A DNA stretch of 64,000 bases, taken from the NCBI GenBank assembly GCA_030141605.1, contig JAQGDQ010000774.1, positions 1 through 64,000 on the forward strand, written 5' to 3'. Positions 25,907 through 41,386 of this stretch are shown piece by piece. The position numbers and the translations under genes were made by a program. The notes under the pieces are model-generated. The model was not told where the DNA came from. It ran no database searches and worked only from the letters and a program-made list of their open reading frames with translations. Position 1 is the first letter of the stretch; every line of letters starts with the position of its first letter. The stretch is from Tubiluchus corallicola. Lineage: Eukaryota; Animalia; Priapulida.

Positions 25907-28293
25907 CAGTTACTGGCTTTTACCATGAATGTTACTAGAACTGAATGATGCAAAATTTGGACAAAGTATATATAGTTATTGTCAGTTACAATAAATGTTA
26001 AGAAAAAATAACTGTCGTTTACCGTTTTGCTACTTAATTCTTTCATTGCCAGTTAGAGCCTAATCTAAAGATTGCAACTGCACATAAAACAGTTTTTGTA
26101 GGGCGTTTTAACACTTTTGCACTAAAGCAAAGTAACTCAAGTTGCAAAACACGGAAGACGAGTTTGTGCATTTAAACTCGGAGAAAAATAAAAAAGTAAC
26201 GAAGAGAGAAAAAATAAACGTAAAAATAAAGCTCAGAAAAAGTGTACAAAGGAGAAAAAAATATTAACAAACAAAAAACGGAAAAAATAATGCCCGAGGA
26301 AAGAAAGAAATTGAAGTAATCTTTTTTTCCATGAAGCCACGATAGCCTGCATTTTAGGAACTTGCTTATTTGTAAAAACATTGTTGTGACAGTGTTCTCA
26401 GAAACTAAAAGCTTTCGAGTTTTTTTACAACTGATAATTTTCAAAATGTCAAAAAATACTTTCGGAAGACATAATATCTTTTAGCAAGCGATTTTTTAAA
26501 AAAAAACTGGTTTTACACTGCAAGATTACTAATCCGTTTTTTTCAACCTTTTTACTGTTTCATTCATTCTCAGCACTACTTCCATACCATGTTATTATTA
26601 AGCTCGTACATATTCGAGCTGAATCATAAGAACTTTCTGTTGAAGGAAGATTTTCATATGCTATTTTATAGACTAGATTATTTTGATTTACAATTTAAGA
26701 TTGTGTCCTACTTTGCTTTAAATGTTTTTGTTAGAAGGTCAGACGTACCTGTTATAAAAGAAGCTTGCAGGCCAACATAAATTACACACAAAGCAATAAC
26801 TACAAGTAAAAGCAGCAATTCTGATCCAATTCTTTTAAACTTCTCAGCAGCAATACTTGTATTTTACTGTTTTAGAATCGATTGTCTGACGTCAAAAAGG
26901 ACAATTAATTAAAAGAACGCGACAGTAACACTAGTTTTCATGAGAGAGTTGCGTTCAGAACGCGTCACTGATGCTTGACGTGGACGCGAATGATGACAGA
27001 GAGCTGCAAATGAAAAGGCTAAGGGACGCTCATGTTCACTCTGCTTAAGAAAACTAGTATTATTAAGAAAATTAACTTCATTATCAAACTCTTAGCTGTT
27101 TGTTACTGTATCAATTTCTTTTCAACTGGTCTGCTTATTTTTTACCTTTTTGGCAAATGAAGGCTTTTTGGCTTTCTGTTCAATACTTAGTTAGTGCATA
27201 ATTTTCTATACTGTGGACAGTGCCTTTAAGACATGATAATCAAATTAATTTACTGCAAATTGTTTGTCTGTAAAACGCCATTAGACCATCAAGAAAGTCA
27301 CAGGGCCAATTTGTATCGTGAAATGCTCCCGCCTCTGCCTTTTTTACGGATGCAGCACGCCTCCCTTAAATTTAGCGAGTTTCCACGTACATAGCAGTAA
27401 TTCATGTTTTTATTTTCAGATTGGCCCTTTTGGCTTTAGGTTTTTAAACTATCTTTTGAGAGGCCTTAACATATGAAGAGCGCTCATAATTAAAGCTATA
27501 GAACACCTAGTATTTATCGCTGCTGCCTCTATGCAAACGACTTATTTAGTTAATTGATTAATTAATTGATTGATTCATTCACACGCTAAAAGACAATTAA
27601 TTTGGTAACTGATTAATTGCCCGACTCCGGGAGCTTAGGTCAGGTCGATAGGGCGATGACGATTTCCCACACGATCTAGAACCGCGAAATATGCGTTGTG
27701 AGAATATTTCTTTATCTCTCGAGTTATTAAGCTGGCTTCCGCAATAAGCCTTTCAGTGTGAGTATACCAGGTTCGTATAAGCAGATAGAGTCTTTAAAGA
27801 GAATGCACTTTAGTCACTTCCAGTACAGCAAAGCAATTCAACAAGCATTAACAGTGATGACAGTCTATGAGTTCACGTTTACAAATATTTAACTTATGCT
27901 CTTGTGGGCGCTTACAACTAGAGGAAGTATATTACAAATAATATACCGATCAGCACATAAGTATTAAACTGCCCTGCTCGCACTTCTTGTGCACAAATTA
28001 CAAATTATTACAAACAGGTCTATCCGTTACAGTAACTAAAATAATCGTAAAGTGACTCATAATCGAGACTCTTAGCATCAGAGGTTTGATACACAAATGA
28101 CGTAGAGTTCCTCTCCGTGCTGAGCTAAAGAAAGTGTCTCTTCTCCCAGATCGCCTCTCTGGTACAGCTATCAGCAGCTCTTCTCGTCTCGCAACCCAAG
28201 CATCAACAACCACCCAGAGCTCTTTGCACTACCTTTTCAATCGATGGTCACTTGACATGACATTAGCCAGTGACACGTTGAAGTGCTCCTTGG

Positions 28294-29323
28294 CTGCTCT
28301 ACTGTTTCTCTGCTGTTTCTCTACTGTTTCTCTAATGTTTTTCTGCTGTTTCTATACTGTTTCTCTACTGCTTCTCTGCTGTTTCTCTAATGTTTCTCTA
28401 ATGTTTCTCTACTGTTTCTCTACTGTTTCTCTGCTGTTTCTCTAATGTTTCTCTAATGTTTCTATACTGTTTCTCTATACTGTTTCTCTACTGTTTCTCT
28501 ACTGTTTCTCTGCTGTTTCTCTGCTGTTTCTCTACTGTTTCTCTGCTGTTTCTCTAATGTTTCTATGCAGTTTCTCTGTGGTTTCTCTGCTGTTTCTCTG
28601 CTGTTTCTATACTGTTTCTATACGGTTTCTATACTGTTTCTCTGTTGTTCCTCTACTGTTTCTCTGCTGTTCCTCCAACGTTTCTCTAATGTTTCTATAC
28701 GGTTTCTCTATTGTTTCTCTAATGTTTCTCTACTGTTCCTCTGTTGTTCCTATACTGTTTCTATGCGGTTTCTCTACTGTCTCTCTGCTGTTTCTATGCT
28801 GTTTCTCTACTGTTTCTATGCTGTTTCGCTACTGTTTCTCTGCTGTTTCTATACTGTTTCTCTACGGTTTCTCTGTTGTTCTTCTAATGTTTCTCTAATG
28901 TTTCTCTAATGTTTCTATACGGTTTCTCCATGGTTTCTCTAATGTTTTTCTGCTGTTTCTCTACTGTTTCTCTACTGTTTCTCTGCTGTTTCTATATGGT
29001 TTCTCTAATGTTTCTCTACTGTTTCTCTACTGTTTCTCTGCTGTTTCTCTAATGTTTCTCTAATGTTTCTATACTGTTTCTCTAATACTGTTTCTCTAAT
29101 GTTTTTCTGCTGTTTCTCTACTGTTTCCCTTCTGCTTCTGTGCGGTTTCTCTGTGGTTTCTCTAATGTTTTTTGCTGTTTCTCTACTGTTTCTCTACTGT
29201 TTCTCTGCTGTTTCTCTAATGTTTCTCTGCTGTTTCTCTAATGTTTCTATACTGTTTCTCTATGCTTTTTCTAATGTTTCTATACGGTTTCTCTGCTGTT
29301 TCTCTACTGTTTCTCTACTGTTT
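28294..29323. repeat. Degenerate ~11-bp low-complexity tandem repeat
   Basis: About 1 kb of ctgtttctcta variants; generates the Leu/Phe/Cys ORFs. Confidence 0.95.
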
Positions 29324-32300
29324 AATTAAATTATGCATTAGTCTGTGCATGGAGTGATTTACTAGCAGGATCTTGCTTGGGAACAAGAAAAATGAACTAG
29401 GCAAGGTTCTAGCTAGCTCTTAAAAGAAAAAAATGAATTATGTAAGGCTCTAGTTAGCTGTTCAAACGGTTACCATTATAACAGAATGGGCTGCAAGGCG
29501 TTGTCAAGTGTACACTAACGTTGTCTGGTACACGCAACCTTTGACCTTTTCACGATCAGCATCAATCACTGGAATTGTGAAAAGGCTTATTCTCCTTGCG
29601 AGAGCAAAATAGACAACAATGGGATAGTTGAACAGCCTGAAAATTGTTTACAGCTGTGCATGGAGAAGCGTGCAACAATGTCAACAACAATGTCCACTGT
29701 TATCACAAGTAAAACATTTGGCTGAGAGACTTGAATAACATTCCATAACACCAACACGATTAGTGAGAAAATGGCTGCATTCCTAGCATATTTTGTATCA
29801 ATTAAAATGATCTGACGTCACAGTAACTTAGTAAATATTTCTCTCGTTTACATAATAGTTGATTTGAAAAACACAGACGATTCGTAAAACATCAACAAAG
29901 AAAGAACATTTGCTGTTCAGCTTAAGCATAACAAGGTCCAGTCGATACTTTGATTCAAAATTATTCGTAAGCCATAGGCAAAATACATTATCATTTTTTT
30001 CATTTTTTTTATTTTTTTATAAAAACTGACTTGCCTGCTGTCCCTTCAATGTGCTATTTTTGCGGTTACGTATGTACATGCATGCACGTTTAAACCATAA
30101 GGTTGAAGAACTATATGTATGTATATGTATATGTACGTGGCGCCATCTCTTGTCAATTTATGCAACTCTAACCCAGTACTTACAAACTATTAATTTTTGT
30201 TCTTACTGTTGTTAGTTTTTCTGGCATTATTATCCGTGTTTCTCCTAAGTTTAAGCTGTTTGTTTTAACGTATAAGATTAATGATTTACTCTTTTGTTTT
30301 TCGAACTATCATTGCTTACATTACTAGTACTGAGCTATCATACATAAATAAATGTCATCGTAAATATAATGTCTGATGCCATTTCTTTGTGACTTGTCGG
30401 GAAAACTTCCATTATACATCTCTTATGAATTATACAGATTATATATACATCTCTCATGATCACCGTTCGCGATAGCAATAATGTAGTGGTCACAGCGTCG
30501 ATTTGTAAACAAAGAGTTCCTGGTTCAAATGCAGGCTGTACCCCTACAGTTTTCTTTCAGCCGAGTTTGGTTTCAAAATTTAACAATACTAAGTTTATTT
30601 TATAACAATCATGAATTTATTGCATTGTCAGTTGTAAAGTTGTTGCATAAAATAAGTTGTGAAAATAAGTCTGAAATGCCATAAACGGGTAAACTTTTTG
30701 ACAGACACCTGGGCACGTATAAGCTTATGTATACCATATTAATTTCACAAAAATTATTATCAGATTAGTAAGCTGTATTTCTTATCACGTAGCGAATAAG
30801 CCTAATAATTATGTGTAAAGAAAACCCACATCGAGCAACTGGTCACCATTGCATAATAAAACTTATATTTGAAATGAGTGAAATTTTCAAAATAAGTGAA
30901 GTTTTCAAAATGAATGAAGTTTTCAAAATGAGAAATGTTTTTGGTGAGATGTTTGGCTGCACATTGTCAATGCTTTTATAAGAAAATAATTTTTCCGTAT
31001 GATATAGCAAGGGCTATACATGCTCAAAAATTGTATGGCACATATGTGTCATGCATTAAAACACTTTTTACATTCAATTCACTTAAGTTCAACCATTGAA
31101 AGCCAGAATGTTGTAAAACAGAAAGGTAACCATAATTTTTTTTCAAAATATAAGTACTTTTATAAATTCAGCACAAAAATATATACATTTCTTTTATGTT
31201 GATCATCATAACTTTATTGAACATTATTTTGATATTTTTATCAATATTACAAATTACACTAATTTGTATGTAATAATTGTTTGTAAAATCGACAAACATT
31301 ATTAGCTCATGAGCATAGACTGGTTGTAAAGTTAGAGGGAGCACATAAAAAGGCACTGTGACACATACCATGCCTTTTATTACACAAGTGCATTAGCATT
31401 GTGCAAAGTTTCATGCTTTCAAGGTTAAGCAAGCAATTCCGTCATTTTGTGCAACACTTCCAGCTATTTTGGAATTGGGTGTAATTGCAGAGGCATCTGA
31501 GCTTCAGATATGGATTCATGACTTTGATTCCTATATTTTAGACACCAAAATCCTTATCCTGTATGCTCCAATAGCTAAGGTGTGGACCTTTATAAGCTAG
31601 CATATTGTTAGCCATCTTGAAAACAGCTGTCATATTGGGCGAATTTCGAATGGCTCCATATTAAAATTGCTCACCTTAACGAAATTTAGCACTGTGCAAA
31701 CAAACGTTCAATGCTTTTAAAGCAAAAAGAGCATTTTTCCACATTCTAGTGACTACATTCCCATTCATTTTCAACGTCCATCTTTTACCTGCCCTTACTT
31801 TTTGACGTCACAAAAATTTTGTTTGGCCATGGCGATTTTTAGCCGCTTGTTCACGGTATATCTAAACACCAAAGAAATTCTTTGTTCTGACAAAAAATAA
31901 TACTTGTACCATGCAAAATAACACTGATGCTATTGTTGTTGTTATATGATATAAAAAAGAGACTCGCCTTTGTTGATGAACCTATAGTGTGTGTTAAACT
32001 GAATTCTAGCTTGAATATTTTGTACGTTAGTTTTGTAACAAACATGATTCATTTGGTTTACATATATCTGAAGCAAATGAGTCTATAGTATCAATTCTAT
32101 AATCTGCATGGTGTGAGTGTTAGAACCATGTTACTAATAATTTGAGTTTATTTATTGCTTTCGAACTGCATTTGAGTGTTCTCGAAACAGATGCTCAAAA
32201 TCGTCTTTCTAAGCCAAACGAAGTTTTTAAGTTACATGCCATAACTGTTGTAATAGTTTCATTGGCCGAACTGCAGGAATGGTTGATTTTCCCATATGCA

Positions 32301-34438
32301 AGCATCTAACTACCAATAGTGAATTATACTTAGCACAAGCCACTCAGTGTAGCTCTAGGGTAATAATGTTGTTGTTAGCACTTCTATAATTTACAAAACT
32401 GCTCTTTGAATAAAAGAAACATTTCATATTATGAGGTCACAGGACATCAACCTATGTGTAAGAAGAAGTTCCCATCAAAAATCTGTGCCCTTGTAGTAAA
32501 GCAGTTTTCTGGCTTACCCTAAAAATTTACAACAAAAATATTTATGGTGTTTTCTTTTAGTATTTGGTCCACAGAATACAATATCCAAATTATGGCACTG
32601 CAAATGGCTCAATTATGACGCCAAAAAAGATGGTCACCATTATACTAAAGAAACTGCCATTTGGTCTACCAGAACTGTAAAAAATGCCAATTTTCACTCA
32701 ACATTACGAAACCTTGCAGAGTGCTAGAATCAACTAATGTGATTAATTTTGATTATGGACTCAACAAAATTCGTCCAATATGGTCACAATTTTCGAGTTG
32801 GCTGACAAAATGGCAGATTCTAGCTTAGAAGGGTTATATCTTCGCTTTTAGTGCATAAGAGGATAATATCTTAATGTTTAAATATACGTTTTCAAGTTAA
32901 ATGAATCCATCTGATGCTTAAATGCCATCATAATAATATTAGCATTTCGTTGTGCTGATCGAGATGCTAAGATTGTTTCAAATGTTGCACAAGATGATTG
33001 ATTTGCTCGCATTGGTTTAAGAGCATGAAACTTTGCACAATAATTTGGCTAGATATGAAGCCAATTGACAATTACCCAATAAGGGCACTGCATTCATGGT
33101 GTTCAACAAGATGGCTGTCGTCGGCTTGTACAGGCCTTATTTAAGGAATTGTGTACAAAATCTACCTGTTTTGCCAATTAACATGCAAGTACTCTTACAA
33201 TGTAGCTAGGTTATGTTTAAATACTGGTATGGTTTCCCAAATGAACATTATATTATTAAAATTTTGCATTCAATCTTCTTATCATACTCAAGGAAGTATT
33301 TTAGTATTGTTATTGAAATTAAAGATTCCAAACTTTTTATTTCTCTAAGCATTGTTTCCAGCATTAAGCAGCTGACTTAGCACCATTTCGCCTGCTGGCA
33401 ACAACATTTAATAAGCTGATGCTTTTTTGATGCTTTGGAATACAAAATCCAATGTGATTTTCTTGTTAATTCAGTAAAACCTTTCCAGCCTGACTCATTG
33501 TAATGGTAATGTTTAGGCCAGGGATCAATCCCTGGGTGCTAACAGTTCTGCTTAATGGACAACATGTTTCCTCCACCCAATGACTATCTACCTTTGCACA
33601 AGTCCTTAAGTGCTTTGTCAGCAATAACATTCATGCATGTGTTGGTTTTATAATACTGGAATATATTACCTCTAGGAATATTGCTTAGAGGCACCAAATA
33701 TTTCTGTTAACTCTTACTTACGTGTAGACCATCTTTTTCTTCTGCGGCCAAGTCTGGTCACAATGAAAAAGTTAAGAAAAATTATATCTCAGGCACTTCC
33801 CTGTTCTAGACATTAATGTGTTGCAAGGTCTGAATATTGTATAATATTGTATCTGTATTTCACTTAAGAAACCATATCAGCATTCATACGTAACCTTGCT
33901 ACATTGTGACAGTACGTGCATGTTAGTTGCCTTTGTTCACAATTGCTAAAAGATATTGCACTTATAAGCTGGCAACAGCCACCTTGTCGGCCATCTTGAA
34001 TGATAATGTCTTATTAGCTTCATGTCTAAAATTAATCAACCGGATGAGTTTTACATTGTGTAAAGTATCATGTTTCTAAGGCAAAGCAAGCAATTCCACC
34101 ATTTTGTGTAATATTTGTAACCATATCAGCTGTCATTTCGAAATGGGATAATATTATGGGGACGTTTAAGCAACAGATATGGATTCATTGATCTTCGAAT
34201 CCATGAATTTAAAGTAGAGATGACACAAATAAAATGTAACTAATTTAAATTTTTAATTTGCAGTAGTTTTGAGCATCAAATATTTGAAATTTATTTGTAA
34301 CATTACTTGAGGTAGAGGATGCAGTAGCAAAGATACATGGGGTCCAATTACCACAAATACCTAAGTAACCTGGGACATTTCGCAAGAGGAAAGTCCCCAG
34401 AAGTTGTCATCCAGGAATTCACTAATGTTCTCAGCAGG

Positions 34439-34883
34439 TTCTTGTTCATCTTTGATAGCGTAGCTTATGCAGTGGACACTCATATACTCCTTACCTGGAA
34501 TGCTGAAACACTCTTTCTTGTTCATCTTTGATAGCGTAGCTTATGCAGTGGACACTCATATACTCCTTACCTGGAATGCTCAAACACTCTTTCTTGTTCA
34601 TCTTTGATAGCGTAGATTATGCAGTGGTCACTCATATACTCTTTACCTGGAATGCTCAAACACTGTTTCTTGTTCACATTTGACAGCGTAGCAGTGGTCA
34701 CTCATATGCTCCTTACGTGGAATGCTCAAACACTCTTTCTTGTTCATCTTTGATAGCGTAGCTTATGCAGTGGTCACTCATATACGCCTTACATGGAATG
34801 CTCAAACATTCTTTCTTGTTCATATTTGATAGCGTAGCAGAGGTCACTCATATACTCCTTATGTGGAATGCTCAAACACTTTC
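34439..34883. repeat. 76-bp minisatellite, ~6 copies (two units with a 6-bp deletion)
   Basis: Same unit as 7294-8054, more heterogeneous. Confidence 0.95.
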
Positions 34884-36465
34884 TGATAAATACCTTGTTT
34901 CATGGTCTAAAACGATGTTGACCTTGACGAGTTTGGATTTAAAGTAGAGGTAACACAAATAAAATGTACCTATTTTTAATTTTTAATTTGCATTAGTTTT
35001 GAGCATCAAATTTAAGTGAGTAATTTATTTATTATGATTATTATCTTAATGTCAAGATCATTGTTAATAATGATCACGTTGACAACGTTTTGTGTTACTT
35101 TGAAAGGCCCAACGAAATTCTATTTACAGCAAGATATTCTATAAAATGGCCAATCCAGGGTCCTTTGAGGCTGTATGCTTTCTGCACGTTAAAATTTTCT
35201 AATTTAATACAATCTATAAGATTAAACGTTCCTTTTACATTGTCAGCGACCTTAGCTAATAGAATGCAGGATCTTTTTGTCATAAATGCGCTGAATAAAC
35301 TTAGTTGTGTTTATTCATCGTCTGATGCAACTTAAAAGTTCCGGAAATACGTCGCCGATGCAAAACGGTAAAACTTATCCTGGTCTGTTGATTAGGCAAA
35401 AACGCTGACAGAGCGAAATGACAGATCCTGTCCGGTATTGCTGACTATGTAAAAGCGCTGATAGAGCAAAACGATAAAACGTATCCTGGTTTGCCAATTA
35501 CGTAAAAACGCTGACAGAGCGAAAGGCTAAAACTTGTCCTTGTCTGCATAATAAGTAAACATGCTGATGGCGCAAAATGATAAAAACCGCTAATATAGCG
35601 ATATTACAGGTCGAAATTTTACAATAAAATTGTTACAAATTTAACCGTCAAGTTTCATAGTATATTCTTCAGTGACGCTCGCATACTAGACAAATTCAGC
35701 AAAATACGTGTGGGAATAGTGCGTACGTCTTTCATTTGTTCTCGAAAAAAAATGTTCTGGTTTAATCTGGTTTATTTCGCTTTAATACTTACAGTCTTCA
35801 TGCGGCTAAATTCTAAAGTAAATAATATGACAGCTTTTGAGGGATTAAATCAAAAGAAACAATTGCTCAATGAACGAATATCAGGCAAAATTTGAACAAA
35901 TTTTATACCTGACTTGCCAGACAGTAAACTGGTGGAAAGATTTTACCTTGCGTTGCCTAATTAATGAGTTATTAACTTATTTGTATCCCACAAGAAATGT
36001 CTGGAAGTCTCCCTCTTTAGACGCCTAGTTAAACCCCGCAAAATATTTTGCATGTAAACCAGTGATGACAAGCCATTGTTCTCACATTCAGGTCACGAAA
36101 TTCTTTGCTAACCCATCAATGCAATACATTTTGATATAGTTCTTTCAAATGCCACGTAAATGTGGTATTACAGTTAAATGGCTATTCGTTTTAACCTGCT
36201 AAATACGTTCGTGACACAAGCCATACCATTTCCACCACACTCAACTCCCACATCATACCACACCACACCACTTCTAGCACATCACACCTACTACACCACT
36301 CCACCATCAGGTTGAAGACCCGAATATTTTATGTGAGGGGTGAGACTAAGATCGATCATTTTGTAATAATTGAGCTAAAGCTATGATGTCTAGACTACGC
36401 ATGTGACCGCATGTGATGCAACGTAAACAATTGCACTTAGAATAAAAATAATTCAGCAACAATTC

Positions 36466-36542
<77 letters not shown>

Positions 36543-36562
36543 TATAATAATTATGATAATAA
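36466..36562. repeat. (TAA)n microsatellite, expanded relative to copy 1 (~9896-9912)
   Basis: Direct comparison of the two duplicate copies. Confidence 0.9.
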
Positions 36563-39500
36563 TTAAAAAATAAGTTTTAGCCTTTATATTGTCAATAATA
36601 ATTTCTAGGAAAGGTTGTTTTCTGTCGTGGGTGTTTCAATGTTTCTAGCATTACTAATCTTAACAAAAGCAATTTTCTCAATCTAAGTTCTGCCAAGGAA
36701 AACACTACATAGACTGATCTGTAACTTGAGTGGGAAAAACCCACGTTAAGTAAAAACAACAGTGAACTAGAATATCGCACAATGCGCAAAAACTGGAGGT
36801 TGGATACAACTTAAAATTTAATATAATTTCTATTTTTATGTTTAATCGTTTAATAATCTTTGCGCAAAACATTTTTCTGAAACGTTTGCGGCACAAGACT
36901 TAAGAAGGCGGAGCAAAGCTGCTGATCATAGCCGTCACGGTCACGGCTCTTGATCTTACAAAGCCTTGAAGTTTCTGATGGTGAGCATTTGCCGTCACAG
37001 CTTCTGGGCGTGTCTTTGTTCTGCAGAAATGCCATACAACAACCCAAGCCCAACCATTTGCTGTGTGATTTCTCTGCATCAAGTGCAAATGGTGAAACCT
37101 GTTTAATGTTTTGCAGAAATTTTGTTCGTTTTTTTAATCTTTTGGCGAAATTGAAGTGCCATTGATGCTTGGTGTGATTTTGCCTTAAATTTGAAAATTT
37201 GCGTTTTTTTCTGGGTATCGTTAAGTATTGTTTGCGCAGTGATTGCTTATGCATTAAATTTTGTTTTTTCTTTTGTGATTTCAAATTGACAGTGGCTGCG
37301 CTGCATTTGCGTGAAATAATGTGGGCTTGTGCGCCGTATTCAAGAATAAAAATATTAAGCGAACGGTTGCTCCGTTTATGCCTGGCGTAAGATTATGAAA
37401 GATTTATTAAATCATTTTTCTGTAATCATTTTTTGCTTTTATTAATAAATTTATTACCTGTTTTGTGTTTCATTGCGAAACTACATATACAAATTGTATG
37501 CGTGTAATTTTTCTTATTGCATATACTCACTGAAGTATTATCTGATTTGTTTAACGTTTATAAGTTTATTAAAGTGAATATTATTACTAAAAAATTCTTT
37601 ACACTATAACTATTAAGATCAATTTGCTGACTTAGGCCTGCCATTAAAAATAGCAAAAAATGGCACCGTTTTTTTTTGTTTTTTCAAGTACTATTTGATC
37701 CAGGAAAGAACGTATCGAAAATATCCCGAAACTTGAGGCCACAAAGGTTTAATTATCAAGCCAGAGAGATGGCCACTACTTAGACTGCCAGATGCTCATT
37801 TTGATTCGAAAGCAGAAAACTTTTGCACAGTGCTAGAGTTCATTAAGATAATTACTTTTGGTTATGGAGTCAAACGAAATTCGTCCAATATGGCTACAAT
37901 TTTCGGGATAGCCCACAATATGGCTGTTTCTAGCTTACAAGGACATTATCTTATCTATTAGAGCAGACAGGATAATGATATTGGTGCTTATATGTGGGTT
38001 TTCAAGGTCAAGGAGTCAACATCTGATGCTTGAATACCTCTGTAATGCCCACCCCATTTTGAGATAGCTGCAAATAAATGATGGAATTGCATATTTTGAC
38101 TTAAAAACATGAAATTTTGCAAATTGCTATTGCCCATTCAGTAAACTAATTTTGGATTTGGAGCTAAACGAAAACCATCCAATATGGCTACAGCATTCAG
38201 AATGGCCGACAAGATGGCTGTTGTCAGCTCACAAGGGATATCCATTTAGAAATTGTGAACAAAGCCTACCTGTTTTGTCAACAAAAAGTGCACCTACAGT
38301 CACAACGTAGCAAGGTTATGTTTGAATGCTGGCATCGTTTCTTGAATGAATATAACAGCTTTTAATACTGCGTGAGGTACATTACTACACTCTGCTTAAT
38401 GTCGGCAACAGGCAAATATCTTAGGTATATAGCTTTTCATAAAAATTTCAATGCCGTAGGCCCTGAAAAGAATCAGTTCTATCAGCTTTTAGTGGTTTAC
38501 CAGATTTGAGATTTTACAGGAGAGAAAAAAGATAGCCTTTTCTACACTGTTGAAGAAGTAACAAAGAATGTGGTGTCTCTAAGCATTTCCTACTTTCTCC
38601 TACTTCCTGCTTGAAGGAATCAGCTACTTCCTTCAAGTTTGGGCTTGAATGTCGCTGTCCAATATGACAAAACCAGTTCATGCATCACAGTTGATGTAAC
38701 AGATAAAGACTTGCCCACAAGGAAGAGTGTCATTGGATGTAATGTCAGAGCATACTAATTGGGTTGTGTTGCAAGCAGAACTGTCAGGACCAGCATTGCA
38801 CCCTGCCCCAAACTTTACTATCATCATAAGAGATAGGCTAGAAAAGTTTTACTGAACTGACACGGAAATCACACTGAATTTTGCATTCTAAAGCGTCCAA
38901 AGAGTGTCTACCACATATTTAATGTTTAACCAGCAATTGAATTTGTGCTGTGGTAGATGTAAATGCACTGAAACAAGTACTGTTTGTGCAAAAGACATAT
39001 TTTAGATAAGTTTTAAAATTAAATTAATAATAGGTTTTAATAAATATATCATTATTACATGTACTATGAATAATAATAATAGCTAGGTTTTGTTGATAAC
39101 ATCACTTCTAAACTCGGTCATCATTCACCATCATATTTGCATGACACAAGGAATACTTTCTTGGACACATTTACATCTGCCACAACACCATTTCGCTTAC
39201 TGGTAACAACATTGACTAAGTTGTTGACAAGCTTTTGGTGCTTCAGAATACAAAGTACAGTGTGATGTCCTGTCAGCCTTGTCAGTCCAGTAAAACTTTT
39301 GTGATATGGTGAGCCAAATGGTGATAGTAAAATCTAGGGCAGGGATAAAAACCAGGAAGCAACAGTTCTGCTTGATGCACAACCTGATCAGTCTGCTCCA
39401 ACATTGCATCCAATGACAATTTTCCTTGTGGATAAGTGCTCATGTGCTATGCCAACTGTCACAGTGATACATGTGTTGGCTTTGTCATACTAGAGTGCAG

Positions 39501-41138
39501 CAATATTGTTCAAGCACAAACATGAGAAAACATACAGTAGCTGTAGTATTTCGAGGAAAATTCAAGTATCAAAAACAACCTTGCTACACTCTGACAGTAC
39601 ATGCATTATAGATGACAAAACATGTAGACATTTGTTCACAATTCCTAAGAGATATCGCACTAATGAGCTAGCCACAGCAATCTAGTCGGCCATCTTGGAT
39701 GCTATGGCCATATTGAACAAGTTTCAATTGGTTTCACGTCCAAAATTAATCATTCAGGTGGGTTTTAGCATTGTGCTCCTTGATATGGAGATCCTGCGTT
39801 AAGGCACAAAAATCATCATCCAGTCTGCTCTGATGTCTAAGATGTAGAGCTTGAAAGCTAGCAACAGCCATATTGTCGGCCATCTCGAGAATTGCAGCAA
39901 TATTGAACGAATTACAATAAATTGCGTAAGCAAAATTAATGCTTTAAGGAGATGGAGAAGGGTTATCTGAAGTAGGTTTCAGAAACATTGCCTTAAAAAT
40001 TATTACAACTTTATAGAAATCTTATGCATACGTCGTTTTAGCATTAAAAGAAATCTTTGGTTGTTTTCATTTTAAATCTCCTGCAAAACTGTTCCGACTG
40101 CATCATTAGATCACGTGTGTCACTACGCAAATGTAAATCACTGGAAGAAAAGGCAATTTTCAGCCTTGTCTAAGCTATTTTTACATGTTTCATACAGCGT
40201 GACTGCCGATGCAGACCCTGTGTGCAAAAAGTAACACGTACAATTTTTTTGTTTTATTATATTAGTGTTACTTTTCAATAGTGTAAACTTTTAGTTTATT
40301 AGTGTATATTAGTGTAAACTTTTTACTCTCTACAAATATGTAATTGCAGGCAGTAACTAGCCACGTTGGTGTATCAGCAGAACGCTGGTCACCAGACCCC
40401 AGGAGTAGTCCCATGGGTATCATTGATTTTACACATGAAAAACTGTAATATCAATAATTATTTCTACGCATACAGAAAAGGCATTACCTGCCCTGAAATT
40501 AAGCCTCTTATACATTCCTGTATGACAAGCCATCCAATTCATGTGTGCTTGGACACAATTACGGATACGGATAAAAGATCACATCTTGGGCAGGTTTCAG
40601 AACCCTAACTACCAATGGTATAACTTCTATTTTCAAAAGTTAGTCTAAATTTATCTAATTGTGAAAATAAAAATTGCTATTTCTAACATAATTTTGCTGT
40701 ATAAAACATGTAAAAATATGCGTATAATAAATGTATATAAGTTAAATATAAAATGATTTGTTCAATGTATGTGTGCAGTATAGGTTAATGTTACTGTGCT
40801 ACCTTTGCATCTGACGCATCTGTCTTCTTTAGCGTTTTGTGCACTGGTTAATGTCACATACATATACAGATGTGAAGTTTCAACATATGATAATCAATTT
40901 AAGATAAATGAAGATATTCATATAAAACAATAAACAGGTATAATATATATTATTATTATTATTATTATTACTGTAGCCCATAACAACTAATTCAGCAAGT
41001 ATATAGTTCTGAAAAATTTCATTTCCTGCATAACCGAAAACCAATCTTTGCCATTGTATAATCTAACATGTCAGTGATGTAGAAAATAGCTGACAAATTG
41101 GGATCAAATGAAGCCTCACTTGAGAACAAAAAATTGAA

Positions 41139-41386
41139 CTAGTCAGCAGGGGATTTACATATGTATGATAAAGATTTATTACAGGTTTTGTCATTCCATG
41201 CGCCATATTGATGATAATTGATATTCAAACAGTGCTCCTCTCCTTCCATATTGTTAGGCTCTTCAGTTTGCTTCGACCAATTACTATATATGATGACATG
41301 GGCGTTAGAAATCCACACCCAATTGTCTTCTACGTATTGATCTGTCCCACCAATCCAGAATGTCCTAGCATAGCAGGTAATATCGT
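41139..41386 (-). CDS. C-type lectin paralog, last exon only (EPN/WND type); upstream exons not found
   Basis: Intact acceptor tttttatAG (41387-41388) and open frame (D)DITCYARTFWIGGTDQYVEDNWVW...EPNN...EHC...WNDKTC...YICKSPAD*. Could be a recent pseudogene fragment. Confidence 0.75.
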
